From a virus (taxonomy: Duplodnaviria; Caudoviricetes): a stretch of 27,866 nt of DNA. Numbering within the stretch: position 1 is the stretch's first letter; each line of letters begins with the position of its first letter. Where the stretch lies: the IMG/VR virus record IMGVR_UViG_3300047272_000506, positions 1-27,866 of that record. One strand, 5' to 3'. Positions 9,483-17,806 of the stretch are shown piece by piece. The notes below the pieces were generated by a model that saw only the letters and a list, made by a program, of their open reading frames with translations, had not been told where the DNA came from and made no database searches. A program made the position numbers and the translations under genes.

Positions 9483-10170
9483 TTGTTTTTAACCTAATAA
9501 CCTTTACCTCATGCTCACCAATTTTATTTCCAAGGTGGTCGGTGGCATTTCTATAAAATCCTGCCCATTTCCCCTGCTGATTAATTCGTTCAGCTGTTTC
9601 GCCATACTCTCTGCCATCAAACGGTGCGCCTGCATAATTTGATCCATCGTGTAAATTTATTTCTGAATTATGCAATTCTGATATTGTAATTGGCACTATA
9701 GATGCAACTGGGGTTCCTGCAGGAATTGTTATAATTTTCCCAGGAGAAGTTACTTTCCAGACTACTGGCACATCTCCTGAAAAAAAGGATGTGGTTAGTA
9801 GCGTTGTAAATGCTTGAGCTCCATCTATAAATTGATTCGGAACTGGCATTATTAATGTTGTTGTTTCTTTTTCAGTTTTAAATGTAAGCCCTGTTCTAAA
9901 GCTAATTGTACCGTTTGCTCTATTCGTATGACAGTACTTTTCTCCAGATAACACCTTTACATGATCTGGATTACTATCGGATATCCCGTCCCATATAAAA
10001 GATATATCTTCTGGAAAAGATATACCCCAGCCAAGCTGGTTTGCAAGGCTTACTGGAAAGCAGTTATAAGCATGTCTTTCTGCAGTACTCTCCATCCAGT
10101 CTCTTTTTACTGACAGCTGAGTTATGGTTCCTGGATGATCTGCAGTTTTGTATACATCTATATTATGCAT
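9475..10170 (-). CDS. DUF6065-family protein
   Basis: RDWME..ERHAYNCFPVSLANQLGW..FPEDI...WDG resembles the DUF6065 N-terminal motif (from memory); start moved to ATG 10170 (GAGGG SD, overlaps upstream stop). Confidence 0.65.
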   Translation of the reverse strand: MHNIDVYKTADHPGTITQLSVKRDWMESTAERHAYNCFPVSLANQLGWGISFPEDISFIWDGISDSNPDHVKVLSGEKYCHTNRANGTISFRTGLTFKTEKETTTLIMPVPNQFIDGAQAFTTLLTTSFFSGDVPVVWKVTSPGKIITIPAGTPVASIVPITISELHNSEINLHDGSNYAGAPFDGREYGETAERINQQGKWAGFYRNATDHLGNKIGEHEVKVIRLKTNG

Positions 10171-10861
10171 AGCCCTCAGTATATCTCTTTTCAATTTCTC
10201 TATAATCAGGAGTATGAGGGGCTTCTAGATAGTCTAGCATTGTTACTATAGAGTATTTAGTTCCCTCTGTTACTGGAAGGGATGCATGCGAAAATAAATA
10301 TGTGGATGGAAATAGATAAAGGTCTCCCGCTTTAGGCTTTATCTTTAAATTAAACTTATCAAAGTATAATTCTCCGCCTTCATAATCGTCATTAATATAG
10401 CCGACTGATGAAAGTACGCAGATGTATGAATATCCATGATCTGAGTGTACTTGGAAGTGTTGTCCTGGTCCATACTTGACAAAATTAAAAGACTCCCAAT
10501 ATTTAAGTGGGGCAACATTAAATTTTTGTCTATAATCTTCAACTGGACCAAGCTGTGCATTTTTAGAGTCTTCCCAAATCTTTTCTAGCTTAATCTGGTC
10601 TGGGCTTTTGCCTTCATCGCTTTGACTATTCTTTTTAACCTTAAAGTCAAAGGCGTCCCTATACTTTAAGTCATTATTGGCATATCCAGTCGTAGCCTGC
10701 TTCCATTTGTATGTAGCATGCGGGGAGTCTGAATATCCAACTCCCTCTGCATTTGGATCAGAGGAAAGACATTCTTCCAGTCTATTGATAAGGTTCATAT
10801 CTTCAGTAAATGTATTTCTATAAACAAGTACACCTGGTGCTAATATCTCTGGCTGATTCAT
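10163..10861 (-). CDS. 2OG-Fe(II) oxygenase, prolyl 4-hydroxylase-like (paralog of 13429..14136)
   Basis: VHSD, YINDDYEGG, SHAS, GTKY; GAGGAG SD. Confidence 0.9.
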   Translation of the reverse strand: MNQPEILAPGVLVYRNTFTEDMNLINRLEECLSSDPNAEGVGYSDSPHATYKWKQATTGYANNDLKYRDAFDFKVKKNSQSDEGKSPDQIKLEKIWEDSKNAQLGPVEDYRQKFNVAPLKYWESFNFVKYGPGQHFQVHSDHGYSYICVLSSVGYINDDYEGGELYFDKFNLKIKPKAGDLYLFPSTYLFSHASLPVTEGTKYSIVTMLDYLEAPHTPDYREIEKRYTEGYA

Positions 10862-10879
10862 TTTGTCTCCTCTATGTCT

Positions 10880-10908
10880 ATTATATATAATTCTTTCATT
10901 TTAGTCAA
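10880..10908 (-). promoter_or_regulatory. Near-consensus sigma70 promoter inside the oxygenase array
   Basis: TTGACT-17 nt-TATAAT, then GAGGAG SD and ATG at 10861. Confidence 0.7.
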
Positions 10909-11662
10909 TCAGTTTATCTTTCATAAACCTGCCTCGTTTTTTATCTATTGCAACAAGGCTTGATTTGTAAAGATCTTTTGTCCAAAAAGTTGTGTGTGTA
11001 TATCTATTGCCAGACTGTATCTGTCTAATTCCATGCATAGTATTAATATCGCCGCTAAATATTAGTAGCATTCCAGCCTCTGGTTTAATTGAGAACTCAT
11101 TATGCTGCGGAAAGAAAAGTTCTCCCCCTTCAAAATCATCGTTTAGATAAAGCATGGATGTATATATCTTGTTTGTAAATAGTCTTTTGTATTCAGATAT
11201 ATTCTTTTCATCAAAGAAATATTTACACTGTTCTGGAACGCTGCTTATATCTACAGAAGATATGTCAAAATCTGGATCAATAAAATCAACATGTGGCTCT
11301 TGTAGATGAGGATAATACCACTTTACAATCTCCCAAAGCTCGCTATAAATTTCAAAGTCTGGATTAAAGAAATCTTTTACCTGTTCCTCCATTCTCTCTT
11401 GAATAGGTACTACGAACTTAAATAGATCCTTATAGTTTTCCATGCCTTCTCGGTATAGCTCATTAATCTCTATTCTTCTATTGTCCCAGTGCTCTGCGGC
11501 TGACTTATAGTCCTCCTCAGTTTTAAATGTTTGCCTTTGTCTATTATGCTTTGACCACAAACCAGAATCTTCTGAATATTTAATTAGCCAGTCACATTCT
11601 TCTTTTGATATAAAGTTTTTTATTACTCTACACTTAGGTGCCTCTAAATCATTTATCATCAT
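10901..11662 (-). CDS. 2OG-Fe(II) oxygenase, prolyl 4-hydroxylase-like
   Basis: PKCRVIKNFISKEECDWLI (P4H-like N-terminus), PHVD, YLNDDFEGG, MHGI, GNRY. Confidence 0.9.
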   Translation of the reverse strand: MMINDLEAPKCRVIKNFISKEECDWLIKYSEDSGLWSKHNRQRQTFKTEEDYKSAAEHWDNRRIEINELYREGMENYKDLFKFVVPIQERMEEQVKDFFNPDFEIYSELWEIVKWYYPHLQEPHVDFIDPDFDISSVDISSVPEQCKYFFDEKNISEYKRLFTNKIYTSMLYLNDDFEGGELFFPQHNEFSIKPEAGMLLIFSGDINTMHGIRQIQSGNRYTHTTFWTKDLYKSSLVAIDKKRGRFMKDKLID

Positions 11663-12225
11663 CTTAGCCAGCTCGCAATCGAATATCTTATTCCAGAAGT
11701 TACTGGATTTACCTTATGCCTATATGCATATGATGATGGAAACATTATTAAGTCCCCTGCCTCTGGCTTATACTTAACATTAAAAGAAGGAAACTCGATT
11801 TCCCCACCCTCGTAGTCATCATTTAAATAAAAAACTGTAGATGCCCTTCTAAATGTAGCCCCAGCATCATCTATATGTAAATCAAATTTTCCACCCTGAT
11901 CATATCTTAATATCTTATATGGCTGATGAACCTTAAACTTAATGTGATAGTCCTCTTCGTAATCTTTTTCTATAATAGAAAATTTATTATTAAATAAGTC
12001 GGAAAAAAACTTTATAACTTCATGGTCTGTATCTCTGCATATTACTGGAATGTCTATTGATTTTGTATTTCTATAAGAATCGTCCAGGGCTTTATTTCCA
12101 TCATTTGCATCAATTACATATTCTGAGGACCATTCTAAGCTTTCCAGTCTATGCAAATTGTCCACAATATCAAATGGGTCTATCTTGTATACCGTTATTC
12201 CTGGAGCAAGTGTATTTTTTATCAC
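11659..12225 (-). CDS. 2OG-Fe(II) oxygenase, prolyl 4-hydroxylase-like
   Basis: LRYDQGGKFDLHID, YLNDDYEGG, RHKV, GIRYSIASW. Confidence 0.9.
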   Translation of the reverse strand: MIKNTLAPGITVYKIDPFDIVDNLHRLESLEWSSEYVIDANDGNKALDDSYRNTKSIDIPVICRDTDHEVIKFFSDLFNNKFSIIEKDYEEDYHIKFKVHQPYKILRYDQGGKFDLHIDDAGATFRRASTVFYLNDDYEGGEIEFPSFNVKYKPEAGDLIMFPSSYAYRHKVNPVTSGIRYSIASWLR

Positions 12226-12698
12226 ATGAACAACCTATGATATGGCCTTACAAACCATTTTGGAGTTATTGGATTTTCGTAAAGCTTCCATATTACAGCA
12301 AAAGCATATGTGTCTTCTGAAAAATTTTTACAGTAATCTTGCCCTGGCTTAATAACAAATGTGCTATTTTCATATTCCCCATTTAGATATGTAAATGTTT
12401 GACAGAATGTGTCCTCATCAAAAATAGCTGGTCTAACTTCTCCTTGAATTTTAATGATTTGATAATAAAATGGAAAAGCTTTTCCTGGGACATTATGATT
12501 GTCATAAAGAATTTGCTGGACAGATAGCCCAGTTTCTTCTACAATTCTAGCTGAGTGTCTATGTATCTTATACATCATTTCGCCATCTATTCTTTGTTCT
12601 GACCAGAACTCTGGCTGCTTTGATAAATTCCACTCTGTTAAAGACTTAAGGACCTCTTTGTAGGGATCTAATAAAGATGCAGGTATATGCGTATACAT
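12222..12698 (-). CDS. Hypothetical protein, possibly a degenerate 2OG-Fe(II) oxygenase fold
   Basis: ATG 12698 overlaps the upstream TAA (TAATG); TFTYLNGEYE resembles YLNDDYE but there is no HxD or distal His. Confidence 0.55.
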   Translation of the reverse strand: MYTHIPASLLDPYKEVLKSLTEWNLSKQPEFWSEQRIDGEMMYKIHRHSARIVEETGLSVQQILYDNHNVPGKAFPFYYQIIKIQGEVRPAIFDEDTFCQTFTYLNGEYENSTFVIKPGQDYCKNFSEDTYAFAVIWKLYENPITPKWFVRPYHRLFM

Positions 12699-13429
12699 TA
12701 TTTGTACTCCCTTTTTTCCCAAAACTTATTTAAATACACTCCACCATTTGGAACTCTAAAAGTTTTTCTTGACTCTCTAATTCTAGCATATATATCTCCA
12801 GCCTTGTCTATCTGTAAACTTGACTGCCAGTTTTCTCTTTTAAATGGTATTACCTGAAGATAAGGAGTACCTGCTGGTAACAACCCTGTCCACCCATCAA
12901 TTAAGAAGAATGGCAATGAGCCTGGCAATGAAACCTTATCTGTATCAATTATTCCAGTGGTGTTTACAAATGGAAGATCAAATCTATTTATTGGAGTTAG
13001 GTAAATACAGCTGTATCCATCTGGAGTTGATATGCCCCAGTCTGACACCCATGCAAAAGATTCTTCATAATATCCTTTAGGGTTATGAAATCCATCAATC
13101 CTATTGCGAATAACACAAAAGTCATCATATTTTTCATCTTGAATCTTTACATTAATTTTATTATTTTGATCTAAATAAAATAATATGTCACAAGGGGTAA
13201 CAAGTGTATACCCTGATGTAAATCCATCTAATATTGCTGGACAGCTTTTCCAGGTTGGGATCTTTCCGCCATCTGCATCAATTATATATTCTTCTTTTTC
13301 GTTTTTAAAGAATCTATCTGCAATACTATACCATTTTGGAATAAATTTTGATGCAGGCTTTGGTGAGCTTATGCTATCTGCATTTAGCCAGTGTCTGTTG
13401 GCAATAAATGTTATTATTCCTGTTTTCAT
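12698..13429 (-). CDS. DUF6065-like hypothetical protein (paralog of 8754..9482)
   Basis: KSCPAILD..SGY...PCDI, PDGYSCIYLTPINRFDLPF, IIDTDK, PAGTPYLQVIPFKRENW. Confidence 0.6.
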   Translation of the reverse strand: MKTGIITFIANRHWLNADSISSPKPASKFIPKWYSIADRFFKNEKEEYIIDADGGKIPTWKSCPAILDGFTSGYTLVTPCDILFYLDQNNKINVKIQDEKYDDFCVIRNRIDGFHNPKGYYEESFAWVSDWGISTPDGYSCIYLTPINRFDLPFVNTTGIIDTDKVSLPGSLPFFLIDGWTGLLPAGTPYLQVIPFKRENWQSSLQIDKAGDIYARIRESRKTFRVPNGGVYLNKFWEKREYK

Positions 13430-14136
13430 TACTGAGTTTTAAGAAATGAATTAGTCTTAGCCCCCTGAGAGCTAACAACATGGCCTCTATCTGTATAATC
13501 TAGCATTGTTACCACTGAATACTTAGTTCCAAATTCCACTGGCATAGCTCTATGAGGGTACATAAAGTTGGAAGGGAATATTATTAGATCGCCTTCCTCT
13601 GGCTTAAACATTAGATCTTGCAGTCTAAAGTATATGCCTCCGCCCTCATAATCGTCATTAATGTATCCTACTAGCGACACAGTAGATGTGTATGAGTACC
13701 CATGATCTGTATGCTCTTGGAAATGTTGACCCTCTTTATATCTAATAAAGTTCATTACTTCCCAGTACTGCAACTCTGTTATATTGTACATTATACAATA
13801 GTCTTTTACTGCTTCTGACATTCTATCGTAGCAATCTTGCCACATGTCTTTTAATATCTGAGTGCCCTCATCTGTGTTATGAAGGTCATCTTTTCTAAAT
13901 TTAAAGTCTACACAGTCCCTGTAGTCTGGCTTCTTAAATCCATATCCAACTGTCGCTTCCCTCCATTTATATGGGTTGCTAGTTGACATCAATACAGATT
14001 CAATTTTCTCTATTATCTGCATTTCTTTTTTTAATACATTTTTATAAACAACTATACCTGGAGCGAGAAGTTCTTTCTCGCCCCAGGTCTTAGTTATAGA
14101 GTTAGGATCAATTAATTTAGGTCCTAGTGTTGACAA
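13429..14136 (-). CDS. 2OG-Fe(II) oxygenase, prolyl 4-hydroxylase-like
   Basis: EHTD, YINDDYEGG, PHRA, GTKY; TTG start, exact start uncertain. Confidence 0.88.
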   Translation of the reverse strand: MSTLGPKLIDPNSITKTWGEKELLAPGIVVYKNVLKKEMQIIEKIESVLMSTSNPYKWREATVGYGFKKPDYRDCVDFKFRKDDLHNTDEGTQILKDMWQDCYDRMSEAVKDYCIMYNITELQYWEVMNFIRYKEGQHFQEHTDHGYSYTSTVSLVGYINDDYEGGGIYFRLQDLMFKPEEGDLIIFPSNFMYPHRAMPVEFGTKYSVVTMLDYTDRGHVVSSQGAKTNSFLKTQ

Positions 14137-14159
14137 GCTAATCTCTTTTCTTTTATTTA

Positions 14160-15479
14160 TTACTTATTGTGTATAAGTAATCCGCTGACAAAGAACCAGT
14201 CATATGGTTCGCAAGAAAGTTGATAAACGCTTGTTGGTGCTTCTGTTGAGTACTTAATTTCTGTGATAGGAACTTCGTTAATTGCTCCATTTCCATCTAC
14301 AATAATTAAGCTTTCTCCAACTTCTGCATAATAAGACTCTTTAATCTTATATGAGCCGTCTAATGCTTTTACGAAAATTGGCTGAGTAAATGTCATTCTG
14401 ATATCAGTATTTCCGTTAAAGTACATTATGTCTGATTCTTGAGTTTCAATAATTTCAGTAATTGTTGTTTCAACAAATTCTCCGACTGAAAGAGACTCTG
14501 AGTTCCAAGTTGAGAACTGATAAGAATCTGGAGTCATTGGATCAATCTGATTGATTACTACTGACTTAATCTTATCGCCTACCTGCAAGAACTTAGCTGG
14601 AACCTGTCCATCCATAGTATCTACAAGTGTGTTCTCTTCTACACAAGGAGGTCCAAACCAAGGGATGTAATAAAAGCTTGGTGGCGCAAAGAACCCTGGG
14701 GGGCTAAAGAACCCTGGAGGTGAGAAGAACCCTGGAGGCGCAAAGAACCCTGGAGGTGCGAAGAAGCCTGGAGGTGAGAAGAACCCTGGAGGTGCGAAGA
14801 AGCCTGGAGGTGAGAAGAACCCTGGAGGCGCAAAGAACCCTGGGGGTGAGAAGAACCCTGGAGGGCTAAAGAATGACGGTGGTGAGAAGAAGGTTGTAAT
14901 GCTATTTGAAGCAGCTGATGTTGCTCCATTACCATTAGCGTTAGCAGCATAGACTGTATATGTCTGAGCTGATCCTTGTTCCTGTGACACAGATACTGAT
15001 GTAGATGCTGTGCTTCCAGACTTACCGTCGCTTGATGCCCAGTAGTATGCAGTAATTGCTGATCCACCATTGGCTGGTGCTGACCATGAAACTACGTCTG
15101 TTCCAGCTGATGAAGATGATGCTGATGGAGCACCAACCTGAGCTGGAACTGTTGTAGGCGTTGTAGCGCTTGATGTGGTTGTAGGACCATTACCAACTGC
15201 ATTAGATGGAGTTATTGTGAATGTGTATGATGTTCCACCTGCTAATCCTGTAAAGGAATATGAGGTAGATGTTGTTGTTTGTGTTGTTGTTGCTGGACTT
15301 GACACTATTGTATATAGTGTTGCTGCTGGTGAGTCCGAAGGAAGCGTCCAGGCTAGGTTCGCTGAACCGTTATTGAACGCCCCTCCGTTAACACCAGTGG
15401 CAGTAAATCCAGTAACAGCCTTTGGCTCCAGGAAGTTATCCTGGGCTGAAGACTTAATACCGATTTTCTTATTTGCCAT
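14160..15479 (-). CDS. FN3-domain protein with (FFxPPG)12 repeat and C-terminal Hint domain
   Basis: Two FN3-like domains (LAWTLP..YSFTGL..YTFTITPSNAVGNG; VSWSAP.NGGSAITAY..YTVYAANANGNG); repeat; CVEENTLV...LQVGDKI...VYQL...LIHNK; AGGAG SD. Confidence 0.85.
   Translation of the reverse strand: MANKKIGIKSSAQDNFLEPKAVTGFTATGVNGGAFNNGSANLAWTLPSDSPAATLYTIVSSPATTTQTTTSTSYSFTGLAGGTSYTFTITPSNAVGNGPTTTSSATTPTTVPAQVGAPSASSSSAGTDVVSWSAPANGGSAITAYYWASSDGKSGSTASTSVSVSQEQGSAQTYTVYAANANGNGATSAASNSITTFFSPPSFFSPPGFFSPPGFFAPPGFFSPPGFFAPPGFFSPPGFFAPPGFFAPPGFFSPPGFFSPPGFFAPPSFYYIPWFGPPCVEENTLVDTMDGQVPAKFLQVGDKIKSVVINQIDPMTPDSYQFSTWNSESLSVGEFVETTITEIIETQESDIMYFNGNTDIRMTFTQPIFVKALDGSYKIKESYYAEVGESLIIVDGNGAINEVPITEIKYSTEAPTSVYQLSCEPYDWFFVSGLLIHNK
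14163..14645 (-). other. Hint (intein/Hedgehog-like) domain, 161 aa, copy 1
   Basis: Block A Cys1 (CVEENTLV), LQVGD, block F/G VYQLSCEPYDWFFVSGLLIHN followed by K-stop; no homing endonuclease. Confidence 0.8.
14676..14891 (-). repeat. Coding tandem repeat, 12 x 18 nt, FF[S/A]PP[G/S]
   Basis: Plus-strand units such as gaagaaccctggaggtga; counted 12 hexapeptide units. Confidence 0.95.
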
Positions 15480-15505
15480 TTTTATCTCCTATTTTTTTAA
15501 TCTAA

Positions 15506-17320
15506 TTAAGCTGATAGATCGCCGACAAGTACCCAAGTATCTGTCGCTCTCTTTATTAATGTTGCTGATGACCACTGTGCACGAAGCTTAAGGCCTGGAG
15601 TTGCATTAACTGTTACTCCACCTGCTGCTGCAATATCCACTGCGCCTGCTCCAACTCTTAGCACATCAAGTGATGTTCCGATTGGGAACGCTACTGAGGC
15701 ATTTGTTGGAATTGTTACAGTTGTTGCTGAAGCTGAGTTCATTTCAATCATTGAGTCTTTCTCGTTAACTGATGAAAGTGTGTAGCTTGATGTCTTCTGT
15801 GAAATTGGTGTTGCTGAAGGAACTTTGCCTGCAAGTGCTGTTGTTACAGTTGCTGCATAGTTTGCATCATCTCCAAGTGCTGCTGCAAGCTCATCAAGTG
15901 TATTAAGTGCTCCTGGAGCACCTGCAATTACTGCAGAAACCTGTGATGTTGCATCTGCAATAGCTTCTGACTTAGCAGTTGCAATTGCTGTAGCCTGTGC
16001 TGAAGATACTGGCTTGTTAGCATCTGATGTATTATCAACATTTCCTAGGCCAAGTGTAGTTGCTGTGACAGCTTCTACTTCTGACTTAAGAGCAAGAAGT
16101 GATGTATCTGCAATTCCATGAACATTTGTTGTGTCTGAATTGTGTGTAGATATTTTAGTATCTGCTGCAGAAGCTGCTGCTGTGATAGCTTCTGACTTAG
16201 CATTATCTGCCTTTGTAGTAGCATCTAATTGTGCTGCTGCAAGTGCACCGTCTGCCTTGTCTGTAGCATCTGCTGCTGCTGAATCAAGTGCATCTGAAAT
16301 TGCTGCATCTCGTGATGCTACAGTAGAGATTACTGTATCATCAATGCTTAATGTTAAGCTGTTAGCAGCATCATCATAAACTCGTCCAAGTCCGTTACCT
16401 GCTGATACCTGAATCATTCCAGCTGCTGTATCCTGAATACGCTCATCTGCGTTATCAAGTGCAAGGTATGTAGTAGATGCATTAGCTTGTGTTAGATAGG
16501 TGCTTGAAGCATCTGTCTTTGAAAGATAATCAGCATCATTTAATGTCTTTGTCTGATAATCTGCTGCTAATGCTGCTTCTGTAACATATCCTTCAATTGA
16601 GGCACCTGCTGGAATTGTTACTGTTCCAGTGAATGTTGGTGAAGCAATTGTTGCCTTTGTTGCAAGAGCTGATGTAACTGTTGTAGCATAGTTAGCGTCA
16701 TCTGCAATTGCTGCTGCAAGCTCGTTAATTGTATCAAGTGCTTCTGGAGCGCCGTTTACAAGAGTTTGAAGTGATGCATCTACGTATGTGCGTGTAGCAA
16801 CAGATGTGCCAATTGCAATCTCTCCAGTTGAGCTATTGTAGTTAATTCCTGCTCCGCCTGAAAGCTTTCCTCTTACAGAAGTATCTGAGATCTGAGCTGC
16901 AAGAACCTTTGCATCTGCATCAAGTGAAGCTACACCAAATGCTACTCCCTTGTCTGATTCTGGAACATATGTAAGGTCAGCTGAGTTACCTAAATCTGAT
17001 ACTGCTGAATCAACATATGCTTTATTTGCCCAGACTGTGTCGTCTATTGCAACTGTAATTGTATTTGCACCGTCGTTGTATGTCTTTGTAAGACCTGTTC
17101 CGACTACAAGAGCGGCATTAATTGCATCTTGTGCAATTTCTGTAACTCCTGGGGTATCTGATGCACCGTATGAAAGTGTATTCCATGCGCCTGTACCATT
17201 ACCAAATTTAAACTTGTTTGTATCTGTTTCGTAGCCCATTTCTCCTGCTGCTAGAATTGGGTTTACTGAGGACCAGTCTGCTGCGACGCCTCTTCTTACT
17301 TGAATTCTTACTGTTGACAT
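15506..17320 (-). CDS. Tail fibre/virion protein with Mtd_N-like N-terminal domain
   Basis: RIQVRRG.AADW...NPILAAGEMGYETDTNKFKFGNG; two GAP.AL.TL.ELAAA..DD fibre motifs; LGLGNVDNTSD. Confidence 0.75.
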   Translation of the reverse strand: MSTVRIQVRRGVAADWSSVNPILAAGEMGYETDTNKFKFGNGTGAWNTLSYGASDTPGVTEIAQDAINAALVVGTGLTKTYNDGANTITVAIDDTVWANKAYVDSAVSDLGNSADLTYVPESDKGVAFGVASLDADAKVLAAQISDTSVRGKLSGGAGINYNSSTGEIAIGTSVATRTYVDASLQTLVNGAPEALDTINELAAAIADDANYATTVTSALATKATIASPTFTGTVTIPAGASIEGYVTEAALAADYQTKTLNDADYLSKTDASSTYLTQANASTTYLALDNADERIQDTAAGMIQVSAGNGLGRVYDDAANSLTLSIDDTVISTVASRDAAISDALDSAAADATDKADGALAAAQLDATTKADNAKSEAITAAASAADTKISTHNSDTTNVHGIADTSLLALKSEVEAVTATTLGLGNVDNTSDANKPVSSAQATAIATAKSEAIADATSQVSAVIAGAPGALNTLDELAAALGDDANYAATVTTALAGKVPSATPISQKTSSYTLSSVNEKDSMIEMNSASATTVTIPTNASVAFPIGTSLDVLRVGAGAVDIAAAGGVTVNATPGLKLRAQWSSATLIKRATDTWVLVGDLSA

Positions 17321-17352
17321 TTATGCCACCCCTTATTTTATATTATTTGTAA

Positions 17353-17361
17353 AGTATACCA
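17353..17361 (-). promoter_or_regulatory. Extended -10 promoter candidate
   Basis: TGGTATACT in an AT-rich intergenic gap, upstream of an AGGGGTG SD and ATG 17320. Confidence 0.45.
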
Positions 17362-17376
17362 TTTATTCAATTACAA

Positions 17377-17736
17377 TTATGCGTTAACTGTGCTTGAATC
17401 GAATGATAGGTCAAACGATGTTGTTGCTGGGGTTCCGCCATCAGCGAATTTAGTTGCTGTTGTGACAACCCCGTTTGCTTGTACTGTATAAACAGGCTTA
17501 CCATCATAATCAATGGCTAAGCCAATATCCATAAAGCTTATTGCTCCAGATGTATCTACTACATCTGTTGTATAGGCAAGAGGAAACCAAGTTCCATCGA
17601 TCTGGACCTTTAGTCTTCCTGTTTCTGAATCAAAAGCTATCGGGGCGGTGCCTAATACCATATCAGAGTTAAATGTTGCTGTACCAGCTACATTTAACCC
17701 ATTCTTAACTCTAAAATTTTTATCTACTGTTGCCAT
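17377..17736 (-). CDS. Small virion-associated hypothetical protein
   Basis: 119 aa; N-terminus MATVDKNFRVKNGL resembles MATVVKNFRIKSGL of the upstream gene. Confidence 0.7.
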   Translation of the reverse strand: MATVDKNFRVKNGLNVAGTATFNSDMVLGTAPIAFDSETGRLKVQIDGTWFPLAYTTDVVDTSGAISFMDIGLAIDYDGKPVYTVQANGVVTTATKFADGGTPATTSFDLSFDSSTVNA

Positions 17737-17768
17737 TTAAGTTCACATATCCCCTAATTGTTTATTGT

Positions 17769-17791
17769 GGGGGATTTTTAAGGAATCCCCC
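17769..17791. other. Intergenic stem-loop (possible weak terminator or mRNA stability hairpin)
   Basis: GGGGGATT-7 nt-AATCCCCC perfect 8-bp stem; no U-tract on the coding (minus) strand. Confidence 0.55.
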
Positions 17792-17806
17792 GAAACCTTT
17801 ATTTAA

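Noticed and set aside
5987-14136. Oxygenases as AlkB/TET-JBP DNA-modifying enzymes
   Set aside because: The YLNDDxEGG-type core is P4H/2OG-FeII_Oxy_3-like and no DNA-modification partners lie nearby; not formally excluded
14163-14645. Mobile canonical intein
   Set aside because: No homing endonuclease, no C-extein, no +1 Cys/Ser/Thr; not inserted in a conserved enzyme
14676-14891. 18-nt tandem repeats as a CRISPR array
   Set aside because: No unique spacers, in-frame coding with synonymous variation, no cas genes
14639-15070. Alternative-frame ORF with LQGSSH repeats (likewise 21516..21749, 21527..21727, 18556..19044)
   Set aside because: By-products of low-complexity repeats in the main frame; no RBS or independent motifs, and no frameshift signal identified
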